Assembly (NCBI GenBank): GCA_028279545.1
Contig: JANQNN010000035.1
Coordinates: 27,425 to 91,424 of the forward strand
Reading direction: 5' to 3'
Length of the DNA stretch: 64,000 bases
DNA from: Nitrosopumilaceae archaeon
GTDB lineage: Archaea; Thermoproteota; Nitrososphaeria; Nitrososphaerales; Nitrosopumilaceae
The translations under genes and the position numbers were made by a program. Shown one piece after another: positions 7,733 to 16,435 of the stretch (the stretch's first letter is position 1; every line of letters begins with the position of its first letter). The notes beneath the pieces are model-generated. The model did not search any database. It saw nothing but the letters and a program-made list of their open reading frames with translations, and was not told the DNA's origin.

Positions 7733-9493
7733 TTGCCCATTAATATAAAAAAGCCTAAACCATCAAGCATTCAGGGTACAAATTTGACTGAAGATATTAA
7801 AAAAGAAATTAGGAGAATTGCTCTACAAAATGCTTTTGAACATGAAGGAAAAACTCAGGATAAAATTGTACTTTCAAAAATTTTGGGTACCCAACCTGAA
7901 TTTCGTACCAAAGTAAAAGAGATAATTGGAGATATTTCAGAAATCGTTTCTGCTGTAAATCAAATTTCTCTTGAAGAGCAAAAAAAAGAAATTGAAAAAA
8001 ATTACCCCGAATTGCTTAACCCAAAGGAAAAAATTATTGAAAAAGAAGGACTACCTCCCTTAGAAGGAGCAGTACAAGGAAAAGTTGTAACTAGATTTCC
8101 TCCAGAGCCCAACGGGTATCCCCATATCGGCCATGGAAAAGCAGCAATAATTAATTCAGAATATGCAAAAATGTATGATGGAAAATGTATCTTAAGATTA
8201 GATGATACAAATCCCGAAGCTGAAAGAATGGAATACCATGCTGCCATAAAAGTTGGATTAGATTGGTTAGGAGTAAAATTTGATGTTATAAAAAATACTT
8301 CAGATGATATGGAAATTTTTTATGAAAAAGGACTTGAATTAATGAATTTAGGAAAGGCCTATGTTTGTACTTGCAAAAGAGACACCATTAGTAAAAACAG
8401 AAAGGAACGAAAAGCATGCAAATGTAGTTTTCAAGACATAGAGAAAAACAATCAGGGGTGGAAAAAAATGTTTGAAAAATTCAAACCAGGAGAAGCTATA
8501 GTGAGATTTCGTGGAGATATGAAATCAGATAATGCTGTTATGCGAGATCCAGTACTTTTTAGAATTATAGATGAAAAGCACTATACTTTAGGAGAAAAAT
8601 ACAGGGTTTGGCCAAGTTATGATTTGGCAGTAGCAATTGAAGACAGCATAGATGGAATTACTCATGCTTTTCGTTCTAAAGAATTTGAATTACGAAAAGA
8701 TTTGATAGATGAAATTTTGGATGTGCTAAAAATGAGAAAACCATATCAAGGCTTTTTTTCAAGACTTGAGTTTAAAGGAATGCCCATTTCAAAAAGAATC
8801 TTAAAACCACTAATTGAAGAGGGAAAAGTTTCATGGTATGATGACCCAAGGCTTCCAACTTTAGAAGCACTTAGAAGAAGAGGAATAAAACCTGATGCAA
8901 TCAAGAAATTTATCTTGTCATTAGGACTTACAAAAGCAAATACCTTAGCTCCATTTGACGCACTTGAATCTTTTAATCGTAAATTTGTAGATGCAGATAG
9001 CATTAGACTCTTTATGGTTCAAAAACCAAAAAAACTTCAGATAAATAATATTCCCTTTTCTTCAGTGGAAATTTCAAATCATCCCATTAAAGATATGGGA
9101 AAAAGAACCATAAAGGTAGGTAAAGAATTTTTAATTTCTGGGGATGATGCTGAAAATATTACCGAAGGTTCTCAAATTAGATTACTAGGTTTAGGAAATA
9201 TTCTCATAACTAAGGTAAGTTTTGATTTGGAAGGAAACTTTGTTGAAAATGGAAATACTTCAAATATTCCAAAAATTCAATGGGTTCCAAAAGAAGAGTC
9301 ACATCAAATAAAACTTCTTGTGCCTAACCAATTGTTTATAGACGATGAATTTAATGAAAACAGCCTAGAAGAATTAGATGTTTATACAGAACCTCACTAT
9401 CTTAAATTAAAAGAGGGAGAAGAAATTCAATTTGTTAGATTTGGATATTGTAGAAAAGATTCTCAAAACCAAGCAATATTTACTCACAAGTAA
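7733..9493 (+). CDS. gltX: glutamyl-tRNA synthetase (archaeal type)
   Basis: Class I HIGH motif PNGYPHIGHGKA and a Glu/Gln-RS catalytic core (VSWYDDPRLPT). Archaea lack GlnRS. TTG start; no in-frame ATG near the N-terminus. Confidence 0.9.
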   Translation: MPINIKKPKPSSIQGTNLTEDIKKEIRRIALQNAFEHEGKTQDKIVLSKILGTQPEFRTKVKEIIGDISEIVSAVNQISLEEQKKEIEKNYPELLNPKEKIIEKEGLPPLEGAVQGKVVTRFPPEPNGYPHIGHGKAAIINSEYAKMYDGKCILRLDDTNPEAERMEYHAAIKVGLDWLGVKFDVIKNTSDDMEIFYEKGLELMNLGKAYVCTCKRDTISKNRKERKACKCSFQDIEKNNQGWKKMFEKFKPGEAIVRFRGDMKSDNAVMRDPVLFRIIDEKHYTLGEKYRVWPSYDLAVAIEDSIDGITHAFRSKEFELRKDLIDEILDVLKMRKPYQGFFSRLEFKGMPISKRILKPLIEEGKVSWYDDPRLPTLEALRRRGIKPDAIKKFILSLGLTKANTLAPFDALESFNRKFVDADSIRLFMVQKPKKLQINNIPFSSVEISNHPIKDMGKRTIKVGKEFLISGDDAENITEGSQIRLLGLGNILITKVSFDLEGNFVENGNTSNIPKIQWVPKEESHQIKLLVPNQLFIDDEFNENSLEELDVYTEPHYLKLKEGEEIQFVRFGYCRKDSQNQAIFTHK

Positions 9494-9504
9494 GGTGTAA
9501 GAAA

Positions 9505-10395
9505 ATGAAAATTGTAAGACTTTCACAGGATAACAATGAAACGTATGGAATTGTAAAGGAAGACAAAGTTGCAACTAAAGATGAAATTACTTACCAGACA
9601 GGAGTTCCTATTCCACAAAGCATTAAGGATTTTTTATTTGATGGTTGGTTTGATGAAATAAAAAACAAAGTAAAAGACCTCACATATAATGAAAATATTT
9701 CAAATTTCCAAATCCTGGCACCAATTCCTACCCCAAGTAAGATAATTTGCCTTGCCTTTAATTTTACAGACCATGCAGAAGAGCAAGGACATGAAGCTCC
9801 AAAAGATCCCGCTATTGTCATAAAACCTAGAACCGCGCTAACTGGGACAGAATCTGATATTGAATGTCCAGATTTTGTTGGCAAGTTAGACTATGAGGTA
9901 GAGTTGGCATTGGTAATAGGGAAAACATGTAAGAATATTTCAGAAGAGCAGGCATACGAGGCAATATTTGGATATATGGTTTTTAATGATGTTTCTGCAA
10001 GAGACATTCAATTCAAAGATAAACAATTTACACGAGGAAAAGGATTTGATACCTTTGCTCCTTGTGGTCCTTGGATAACAACTAAAGACGAAATCAATGA
10101 CCCTCATAAATTAAAGATGATTACCAAAATCAATGGAGAAATAAAACAAAATTCATCCACAGAAAAAATGTTTATTAAAATTCCTCAAATAGTTTCAAAA
10201 TTGAGTCAGGTAATGACTCTTGAGAGAGGAGATATTATATCAACAGGTACACCTGCAGGAGTAATGTTAAACCAATCAGATGGAATATTTCTTAAAAATG
10301 GAGACAAAATAGAAATGGAGATTGAAAACTTGGGAACTCTAAATAATACAATAAAATTTGTAAAAAATCAAGATAGAGATTTTTTCATCAAATGA
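9505..10395 (+). CDS. fumarylacetoacetate hydrolase (FAH) family protein
   Basis: DYEVELALVIGK, FNDVSARD and GDIISTGTPAGV motifs of the FAH / 2-keto-4-pentenoate hydratase family. Confidence 0.85.
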   Translation: MKIVRLSQDNNETYGIVKEDKVATKDEITYQTGVPIPQSIKDFLFDGWFDEIKNKVKDLTYNENISNFQILAPIPTPSKIICLAFNFTDHAEEQGHEAPKDPAIVIKPRTALTGTESDIECPDFVGKLDYEVELALVIGKTCKNISEEQAYEAIFGYMVFNDVSARDIQFKDKQFTRGKGFDTFAPCGPWITTKDEINDPHKLKMITKINGEIKQNSSTEKMFIKIPQIVSKLSQVMTLERGDIISTGTPAGVMLNQSDGIFLKNGDKIEMEIENLGTLNNTIKFVKNQDRDFFIK

Positions 10396-11156
10396 AAACT
10401 GATCCGTTTTTCTAAATCTTTGAATTCAGGTAATACTTCCTTGGTTAAAATTTGAATACGTTTGTATTTATTCTCAAATCCATAATTTTGTAAAAAAGAA
10501 AGAAGATTCAATGTATTTGTTTTTGAGCCTGAAAACAAAGTAACAATTAAAGTTTTTTTGAAATGTTCAGAGTCTTCAAAAATTGCTAATGATTCTGTTC
10601 CCCTAATGCTAGAAGAGACAACTTGATTTTTTGAAACTAGATTTGATATTGTTTGATTATCTAATGGTATCCATCTCCATGAATTTATGAAATGGGAAAA
10701 CTGTTTTGTTTTAATTTTGTTTTTAAAAGAAATATTTTGTGAAAAATTTTTCTTGGGCAAGAGAGAATAAAATTTCCAAGTTTGAAATATTTTATAATCA
10801 AGACGTTTTGCCATTTTAAGAGAAGCAAAGTTTTCAGTTTCAATTAACATAAATAAAGTTGGAATTTTTTTCTTTTTGGCTTTAAATTCTACACTAGAAA
10901 TTAACTTTGAAGCAAATCCCTGTCGTCTAAAAATTGGATTGATTCTAATTCCTTCAATCCATCCTTGTTTTTTAAAAAATACCGCATGGCAAATACCAAT
11001 TGGAGAATCTTTTTCAATAACAAGTAAGTTTTTTTCTTTTAACCAAAAATCCCAAACATCTTTGATATAATCGCCCCACGAAAATGTATTTTTACAAAAT
11101 TTTAGAATTTTTGATTTATCAGAAGGTTTGGCATTTCTAATTAACATATCATACAA
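10368..11156 (-). CDS. GNAT-family N-acetyltransferase
   Basis: Acetyl-CoA motif A-like IRINPIFRRQGFASKLI. 3' end overlaps the convergent FAH gene by 28 nt. Confidence 0.6.
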   Translation of the reverse strand: MYDMLIRNAKPSDKSKILKFCKNTFSWGDYIKDVWDFWLKEKNLLVIEKDSPIGICHAVFFKKQGWIEGIRINPIFRRQGFASKLISSVEFKAKKKKIPTLFMLIETENFASLKMAKRLDYKIFQTWKFYSLLPKKNFSQNISFKNKIKTKQFSHFINSWRWIPLDNQTISNLVSKNQVVSSSIRGTESLAIFEDSEHFKKTLIVTLFSGSKTNTLNLLSFLQNYGFENKYKRIQILTKEVLPEFKDLEKRISFHLMKKSLS

Positions 11157-11189
11157 AAAAATATTAAGAATAATAAGTTAAAAGCCCAA

Positions 11190-11498
11190 ATGGGAAAAAT
11201 AATTGCAGGAAAGATTTCTGATATTCCTCCAGGAAAAATGATAAAAATTTCTGTTGATGGAAAAGAAATTTTGGTTTCTAATATTGATGGTGAATTTTTT
11301 GCAATGGATGATTCTTGTACTCACTCTGGAGCAAGCCTTTCTGAAGGAAATTTGGAGGGTTGCACAGTTACTTGTGGATGGCACAAGGCAGAATTTGATT
11401 GTAAAACTGGAAAATTGGTTAAATTTCCTGCAAAAATTAATGACTTGGGAACCTACAAAGTTTCTCTTGAATCGGATAACATATTTCTAGAGATGTAA
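11190..11498 (+). CDS. Rieske [2Fe-2S] ferredoxin-like protein
   Basis: CTHSG...CGWHKAEF gives the CxH...CxxH Rieske ligands in a ~100-aa protein. Confidence 0.85.
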   Translation: MGKIIAGKISDIPPGKMIKISVDGKEILVSNIDGEFFAMDDSCTHSGASLSEGNLEGCTVTCGWHKAEFDCKTGKLVKFPAKINDLGTYKVSLESDNIFLEM

Positions 11499-11534
11499 CT
11501 ATATACCTCTAATTTCTCAATAAAGATGTAAAAA

Positions 11535-11804
11535 ATGGCCGACGAAAAAGATAACCTTGAATCAATGAAAGAGGCAATAGATACCCTAAATCAAATTGTT
11601 GCTAGTTCATCTACACCTAAAACCATCAAAAAATCCATAACAGATTTGATTAATGATTTAAAAAATGAGGAATATGCGTTATCTGTCCGAGCTGCCAACA
11701 CCATAAGTTTGCTTGATGATGTAACCCAAGACCCCAATCTCCCTTCTTATGTTAGAACCCAATTATGGCAAGCAGTCTCAAAACTTGAGAGTATAAGAGA
11801 ATAA
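11535..11804 (+). CDS. UPF0147-family small archaeal protein
   Basis: 89 aa. The pattern SVRAANTISLLDDVTQDPNLPSYVRTQLW matches my recollection of UPF0147 proteins. Confidence 0.6.
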   Translation: MADEKDNLESMKEAIDTLNQIVASSSTPKTIKKSITDLINDLKNEEYALSVRAANTISLLDDVTQDPNLPSYVRTQLWQAVSKLESIRE

Positions 11805-11830
11805 ATTCCTAAATTATCTTTACTTTACTA

Positions 11831-12574
11831 TTGAAAATAGAAGAATTCTTAGAAACAGTTCCTCAAAATGTAATTAGTGGTGAGGATGTACAGTTATCTG
11901 ATAAATCATTTAGAGAGATCTTTAGTTTTGTAGAATTAGGAGAAAATGATAATTTTTATCATTTAGGTTGTGGAGACGGAAAAGGAGTTGCAATTGCAAT
12001 TGACGAGTTTAATGTAAAAAAAGGCATTGGAATAGATAACAATAATCAAAAAATAATTCAAGCAAAAAAAGGTTCAGGAGAATTTCTTTGCAAAGACATT
12101 GAAGATTCAGATTTTTCTGATGCTACTGTAATTTTATTTTGGTTTGCTGATGAAAAAATAATAAAAAACATGATGAATAAATTTGGAACTCTAAACCCTG
12201 GAACTAAAATAATAACAATTTGGGGACCACTGCCGGATTGTATTCCACAAAAAGTTAGCTTTCCTTATATCCTAAATACAGTTCCTTTCAAAAAAGCAAA
12301 CTCCCTGCAAGAACAACTACTATCAGTTTTTGGAGTAAAATGTATTGATTTTGTAACTGCATGGGAATTTGCAGAACGATATACCAAAGCAATTGGAGAA
12401 CCCAAAGTAAAAAACGATCGGTTTCTTACCATAATTCAAACACTTGTGATTTGGATAAATGCAAAAAATTTAGGAGTGGCTTGTAGAGAAGAGATCCCAG
12501 AATCAATTAAGACCTATATCGATATAATGAAAATCCATTTTGATATTGATTTTGAACATCTTTTGAAAGATTAA
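11831..12574 (+). CDS. hypothetical protein, possible class I SAM-dependent methyltransferase fold
   Basis: YHLGCGDGKGVAIAI resembles SAM-binding motif I (GxGxG). TTG start. Otherwise unrecognised. Confidence 0.4.
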   Translation: MKIEEFLETVPQNVISGEDVQLSDKSFREIFSFVELGENDNFYHLGCGDGKGVAIAIDEFNVKKGIGIDNNNQKIIQAKKGSGEFLCKDIEDSDFSDATVILFWFADEKIIKNMMNKFGTLNPGTKIITIWGPLPDCIPQKVSFPYILNTVPFKKANSLQEQLLSVFGVKCIDFVTAWEFAERYTKAIGEPKVKNDRFLTIIQTLVIWINAKNLGVACREEIPESIKTYIDIMKIHFDIDFEHLLKD

Positions 12575-12613
12575 TCATTAATCCTTTTATTTTGTAAAAT
12601 ATTAACAATAATC

Positions 12614-12961
12614 ATGTATGATAGAATAAACATCAATGTTTCAGCCGTAGATTATGATAAAACAAGCAAAGCAATAGGCCATAAACTCTCCCTTTTAGAG
12701 GAAATGGTGCATAGCAGTGATGACTTTGCCATTACCGACTCTGAATTTGCTTTTGGGTGGCACTTTTTTGTTGTAAGTGTAAATAGATCACTTGTGGAAA
12801 AACTGGCCGAACAAATGGGACCCGACTTTGATAGACTTAAAGGAAAAGGAATGGAAAAAAAGTTTCTTACCTGGATTGCAAAGAACATGGAAAGTAAAGA
12901 GCATCGATTCAAGCTTGCAATAAAAGAAGAGATGGAATCCAGTAAATACGGAATTTTCTAG
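12614..12961 (+). CDS. hypothetical protein
   Basis: 115-aa ORF of normal composition. No motif recognised. Confidence 0.45.
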   Translation: MYDRININVSAVDYDKTSKAIGHKLSLLEEMVHSSDDFAITDSEFAFGWHFFVVSVNRSLVEKLAEQMGPDFDRLKGKGMEKKFLTWIAKNMESKEHRFKLAIKEEMESSKYGIF

Positions 12962-13432
12962 CATAAAACTCTAAATTGAAAAGATATTGAAAATTAGAGC
13001 CTAATTTTAGAGAATTAAGAGCCAAATTCTGTCTGATAGAAATTTCGTGCTATAAGGGGTATTTCAAAATAACAAATCTTTTTTCAGTATTAATTGATTT
13101 TGAATGAGATTTTTTTAATGATTTGAAAATGGATTTTTCTATTTTAGCGATCTATTTTGTAATTTTTTGTATTAGTTTTATAAAAAATTGAAAGCAGACG
13201 TATCCAAAAAAAATTTGGAAATTTCCAATTAAATTAAGAAAAATTTTTGCAGTGTTTTTAGGAATATTATTACTTGTGACAGTATTATTGTGACAAAAAA
13301 TTTTAAAAAAAATTTAATTCTAAAATAAAAAATTATTTAGAAAATTGATCGACTGGAATTTTTTTAGGGTTTTAAAACATTACTGCTGTTTTAATTCTGG
13401 AGTTTTTTATTCATTACATCAAATCAACTCTA

Positions 13433-13765
13433 ATGCAAAATGAACAATGTGGTAAATGCTGGAATTTAAAATTTGATCGAACAGGTGAAAAAACTCATAA
13501 TCAAAATAAAAATTCTCACAATTTTGTTCCATTGGATTATTGCGAAAAATGTTTAGTCCTTGAGTTTGATCAAAATGGAATACCAACTCATATCAATGAA
13601 GATGATAAATTACAAACCAATGGGGAAAAAATAACCCACAAGTTTACTTCAGCAAATGCTAGAAAGGTTCAAAAAAAGAAAAGAAAACGAATTGTTTTTA
13701 GATTAATTGGAGGAAGTTTGATTGCAATAGTATCAATTGTAAGTATATCAAATCTATTTCTTTGA
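13433..13765 (+). CDS. hypothetical tail-anchored protein with duplicated CxxC...TH module
   Basis: CGKCWNLKFDRTGEKTHNQ and CEKCLVLEFDQNGIPTHIN form an internal duplication. KKKRKR followed by a C-terminal TM helix. Confidence 0.5.
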   Translation: MQNEQCGKCWNLKFDRTGEKTHNQNKNSHNFVPLDYCEKCLVLEFDQNGIPTHINEDDKLQTNGEKITHKFTSANARKVQKKKRKRIVFRLIGGSLIAIVSIVSISNLFL

Positions 13766-13778
13766 GACTCTAGTGTCA

Positions 13779-13871
13779 CTATTCATAACGGTCATGTTTA
13801 TCGCAAGGGCATCCAGGATCTCTTAGTTTGGGAGAGAGACATCTACATTCAGGACAGCAACCATACTTCAT
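13779..13871 (-). CDS. candidate 30-aa Cys-rich micro-protein (MKYGCCPECRCLSPKLRDPGCPCDKHDRYE)
   Basis: ATG..TAG ORF with 6 Cys in 30 aa. Local G+C looks higher than the flanking intergenic DNA. Below the ORF-track cutoff. Confidence 0.3.
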   Translation of the reverse strand: MKYGCCPECRCLSPKLRDPGCPCDKHDRYE

Positions 13872-14028
13872 ATCTAATTATTATTTTCATACTTGTATAA
13901 TTAAATAAAATATGTCCAAAAAAAACAACATTTTGTAGTAAAAAATTTACAACTATGAGAACTTGAAACCAAATAATGACAAAAAATACCAATTAATGCC
14001 AATATTTTTCATTTTCGAAAATTAGGAG

Positions 14029-14101
14029 GGCCCTCGAGGGGAATCGAACACCTGTCCGGGGATCCACAATCCCCTATACTAACCACTGTACTACGAGGGC
14101 C
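14029..14101 (-). tRNA. tRNA-His (GUG)
   Basis: Cloverleaf folded by hand. Acceptor GCCCTCG/CGAGGGC with an extra G(-1) opposite discriminator C (His identity). Anticodon arm GGGGA-TTGTGGA-TCCCC. T arm AGGTG-TTCGATT-CCCCT has one U-C mismatch. No encoded CCA. Confidence 0.85.
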
Positions 14102-14197
14102 ACGGAAATAAAAAACTCATTATCCCGTAATAATCTTTGATTTGGCTTTGTGAAAACTAGCCTCTAGATTTATTATCAACCAAATTATTTTCTACTT

Positions 14198-14278
14198 ATG
14201 AGATATTGGTGGGTAGCAATGGCCATCGCAATCGGGCTTACTTATGTAGGCGCGAACTATCTTATGCCCTGGCATTAA
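14198..14278 (+). CDS. candidate 26-aa hydrophobic peptide upstream of corA (MRYWWVAMAIAIGLTYVGANYLMPWH)
   Basis: ATG..TAA ORF, visibly more G+C-rich than its surroundings, with one TM-like segment. Ends 72 nt before the corA ATG. Confidence 0.3.
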   Translation: MRYWWVAMAIAIGLTYVGANYLMPWH

Positions 14279-14350
14279 TCTAATTTTTTGGAATAAATTT
14301 TCCATTCCTAGCGATCGCTTTAAATTTGCAGTTTATGGCAAGTGTTCAAC

Positions 14351-15370
14351 ATGAAAAAAGGATTTATCTCAAGTCGATTACGTTCAGGAAAAAAGACTCT
14401 AGAGGAATCTCTACCAAGAAAAATTGAGACAATTGAAGGGAAAAAATTTTCATGGATTGATTTGCAAAATCCTGATAGAACCGATGTAGAAGAATTAGCC
14501 AAGAAATATCATTTCAATTCATTAAACATTGAAGATTGTATGACTAAATTTGAGCTTCCAAAACTTGATAGTTATAATGACCATTTCTTCGTCATTCTTC
14601 ATTTTCCACCAATATCACCAAAAGTAGGGATTGCAAAAAATAGTCAGCTTTCAATATTTGTAGGAAAAGAATTTCTTGTAACAGTACACCAAGGAGATCT
14701 TAAACCTCTAGTAGATTTGGTAGAATTGTGTAAAACAAAAACAGATCAACAGCGAGCAGAACGACTACTTGGAACTTCTTCAGGATTATTACTTCATGAG
14801 ATTATCGATGTGTTGGTAGATGATCTTTTGCATACTGCAAGAAGAATTATTGCAAATCTGGATGATATTGAAGATGGAGCTTTTGATGAGACAAAATCTG
14901 TGGCAAGAAGCATTGCACTACTTAGAAGAGAAATTAACAAGTTAAGAAGAATTGCAAATCCATTAAAACGATTTGTTTTGGAGATGGCAAACAATGTAAA
15001 AAGATTCTCAAATGAAGGTGAAGATCTTGCCTTACTGTTTGATGACGTTATTGACCATATTGACAAAGTAATTGAGACTTTAGAGGAATCAAGAGAAACT
15101 ATGGAGATTTACAAAGATACAGACTTTGTTCTTAGTACTGAGAAAACAAACAAGGTTCTTGCAGTATTGACTATAATCTTTACACTTGCAATTCCTGCAA
15201 CTGTAATTGGAACCTTTTATGGAATGAATGTCAATTTACCAGGTGGAGAAGGATCTGAGTGGATGATTTTTGGTCCATACACTTCATTTATCGTAATTAT
15301 TTTGGCGTCTGCCATACCAGTAGTGTTGATGTTTGCATACTTTAAAAAACTAGGATGGGTAAGTGGATAA
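14351..15370 (+). CDS. corA: CorA-family Mg2+/Co2+ transporter
   Basis: C-terminal pair of TM helices with the YGMNV (GMN) signature. ATG 14351 preferred because TTTAAA at 14319-14324 lies about 30 nt upstream. Confidence 0.9.
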   Translation: MKKGFISSRLRSGKKTLEESLPRKIETIEGKKFSWIDLQNPDRTDVEELAKKYHFNSLNIEDCMTKFELPKLDSYNDHFFVILHFPPISPKVGIAKNSQLSIFVGKEFLVTVHQGDLKPLVDLVELCKTKTDQQRAERLLGTSSGLLLHEIIDVLVDDLLHTARRIIANLDDIEDGAFDETKSVARSIALLRREINKLRRIANPLKRFVLEMANNVKRFSNEGEDLALLFDDVIDHIDKVIETLEESRETMEIYKDTDFVLSTEKTNKVLAVLTIIFTLAIPATVIGTFYGMNVNLPGGEGSEWMIFGPYTSFIVIILASAIPVVLMFAYFKKLGWVSG

Positions 15371-15442
15371 AATTTCCCATTTTTCCTTGTTTTTATCTCC
15401 TAAAAGTAGCAAAAAATCCTAAAAAAACCAAAAAGGAGTTAA

Positions 15443-15449
15443 TTAAATA
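15443..15449 (+). promoter_or_regulatory. TATA box (TTAAATA), ~25 nt upstream of ATG 15471 (leaderless-type promoter)
   Basis: The distance from TATA centre to the start codon equals the usual archaeal TATA-to-TSS distance. Confidence 0.45.
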
Positions 15450-15470
15450 CCAGATGCTGCAAATTATAGT

Positions 15471-15740
15471 ATGGGAAAAATTAAAGTAAGATCCGGACGA
15501 GGAACTGGAACTGTCGAAGTAGATGATTCTGGCAAAAAATGGTCCGGTGACGAATATAAAAAACATCAAGCAGAAAAGAAGAAAAAATCTGCAAATAGAA
15601 TGGTCAGTACCGGAAGAGGAACTGGCAGAAAGAGATTAGGCGATATTCCCGATCCAAAACCTAGACCTTCAACAGAGGGAATGACTAGAGTTACAGGTAG
15701 AGGAACCGGCTCTAGAAAAAGCAAGAATAAAGGTTCTTAG
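15471..15740 (+). CDS. small highly basic protein with three GRGTG motifs
   Basis: 89 aa with GRGTG at three positions. Collinear paralogue at 61708-61959 (-). Confidence 0.7.
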   Translation: MGKIKVRSGRGTGTVEVDDSGKKWSGDEYKKHQAEKKKKSANRMVSTGRGTGRKRLGDIPDPKPRPSTEGMTRVTGRGTGSRKSKNKGS

Positions 15741-15754
15741 AATTTTTTAAATCG

Positions 15755-15776
15755 CCTCTTAATTTTAGAGGTTTTT
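15755..15776 (+). terminator. hairpin CCTCT-N7-AGAGG followed by TTTTT
   Basis: Lies 15 nt after the stop of the GRGTG gene, between convergent genes. Confidence 0.4.
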
Positions 15777-15784
15777 CTTAGTAT

Positions 15785-16435
15785 TTAGGAACCTGATTGT
15801 AGTTTCTTCCAATCAGCAAGGAAATTTTCTAGTCCAATATTTGTTAGCGGATGCTTTAGCATTTTATCTAATACTTCAGGTGGTAAAGTAACAACATCGG
15901 CACCGATTTTTGCTGCTTCAATTACGTGTAATGGATGTCTTATACTTGCTACAAGAATTTGTGTTTTAAAATTATAATTTGAAAAAATCGTTTTTATTTC
16001 TTGAATTAAATGCATTCCATCATGTCCTATATCATCTAGTCGTCCAATAAATGGACTGACATATTTTGCTCCAGCCTTTGCTGCAAGAATAGCTTGGTTT
16101 GGTGAAAAAACTAGAGTTACATTTACTGGAATTCCTTCAGAAGTTAATGATTTACACGCCTTTAATCCATCTGGAGTCATTGGTACTTTAACTACTACAT
16201 TATCACCATAGTTTCGAAGGGACCTTCCTTCTTCTAACATTCCAGAATATTCAGTACTAACTACTTCCAAGCTAACATCTCCTTTGATAATTTTTGTAAT
16301 CTCTGCCATTCCATCTTTTGGATTTCCACCTTCCTTTGACATCAAGGAGGGATTGGTAGTAATTCCATCAAGCAATCCCATATCATTGAATTTTCGAATA
16401 GAATCCAAATTTGCAGTATCTAAAAATATTTTCAA
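15785..16435 (-). CDS. tal: transaldolase (short, type 3B / FSA-like)
   Basis: [14 protein letters not shown]-terminus, [10 protein letters not shown] Schiff-base Lys region, 216 aa. Confidence 0.9.
   Translation of the reverse strand: MKIFLDTANLDSIRKFNDMGLLDGITTNPSLMSKEGGNPKDGMAEITKIIKGDVSLEVVSTEYSGMLEEGRSLRNYGDNVVVKVPMTPDGLKACKSLTSEGIPVNVTLVFSPNQAILAAKAGAKYVSPFIGRLDDIGHDGMHLIQEIKTIFSNYNFKTQILVASIRHPLHVIEAAKIGADVVTLPPEVLDKMLKHPLTNIGLENFLADWKKLQSGS

Noticed and set aside
11178-11490. Alternative-frame and antisense ORFs over the Rieske gene (11178-11384 minus, 11254-11490 plus)
   Set aside because: Only the 11190-11498 frame carries the CxH...CxxH Rieske ligands. The others have no recognisable features.
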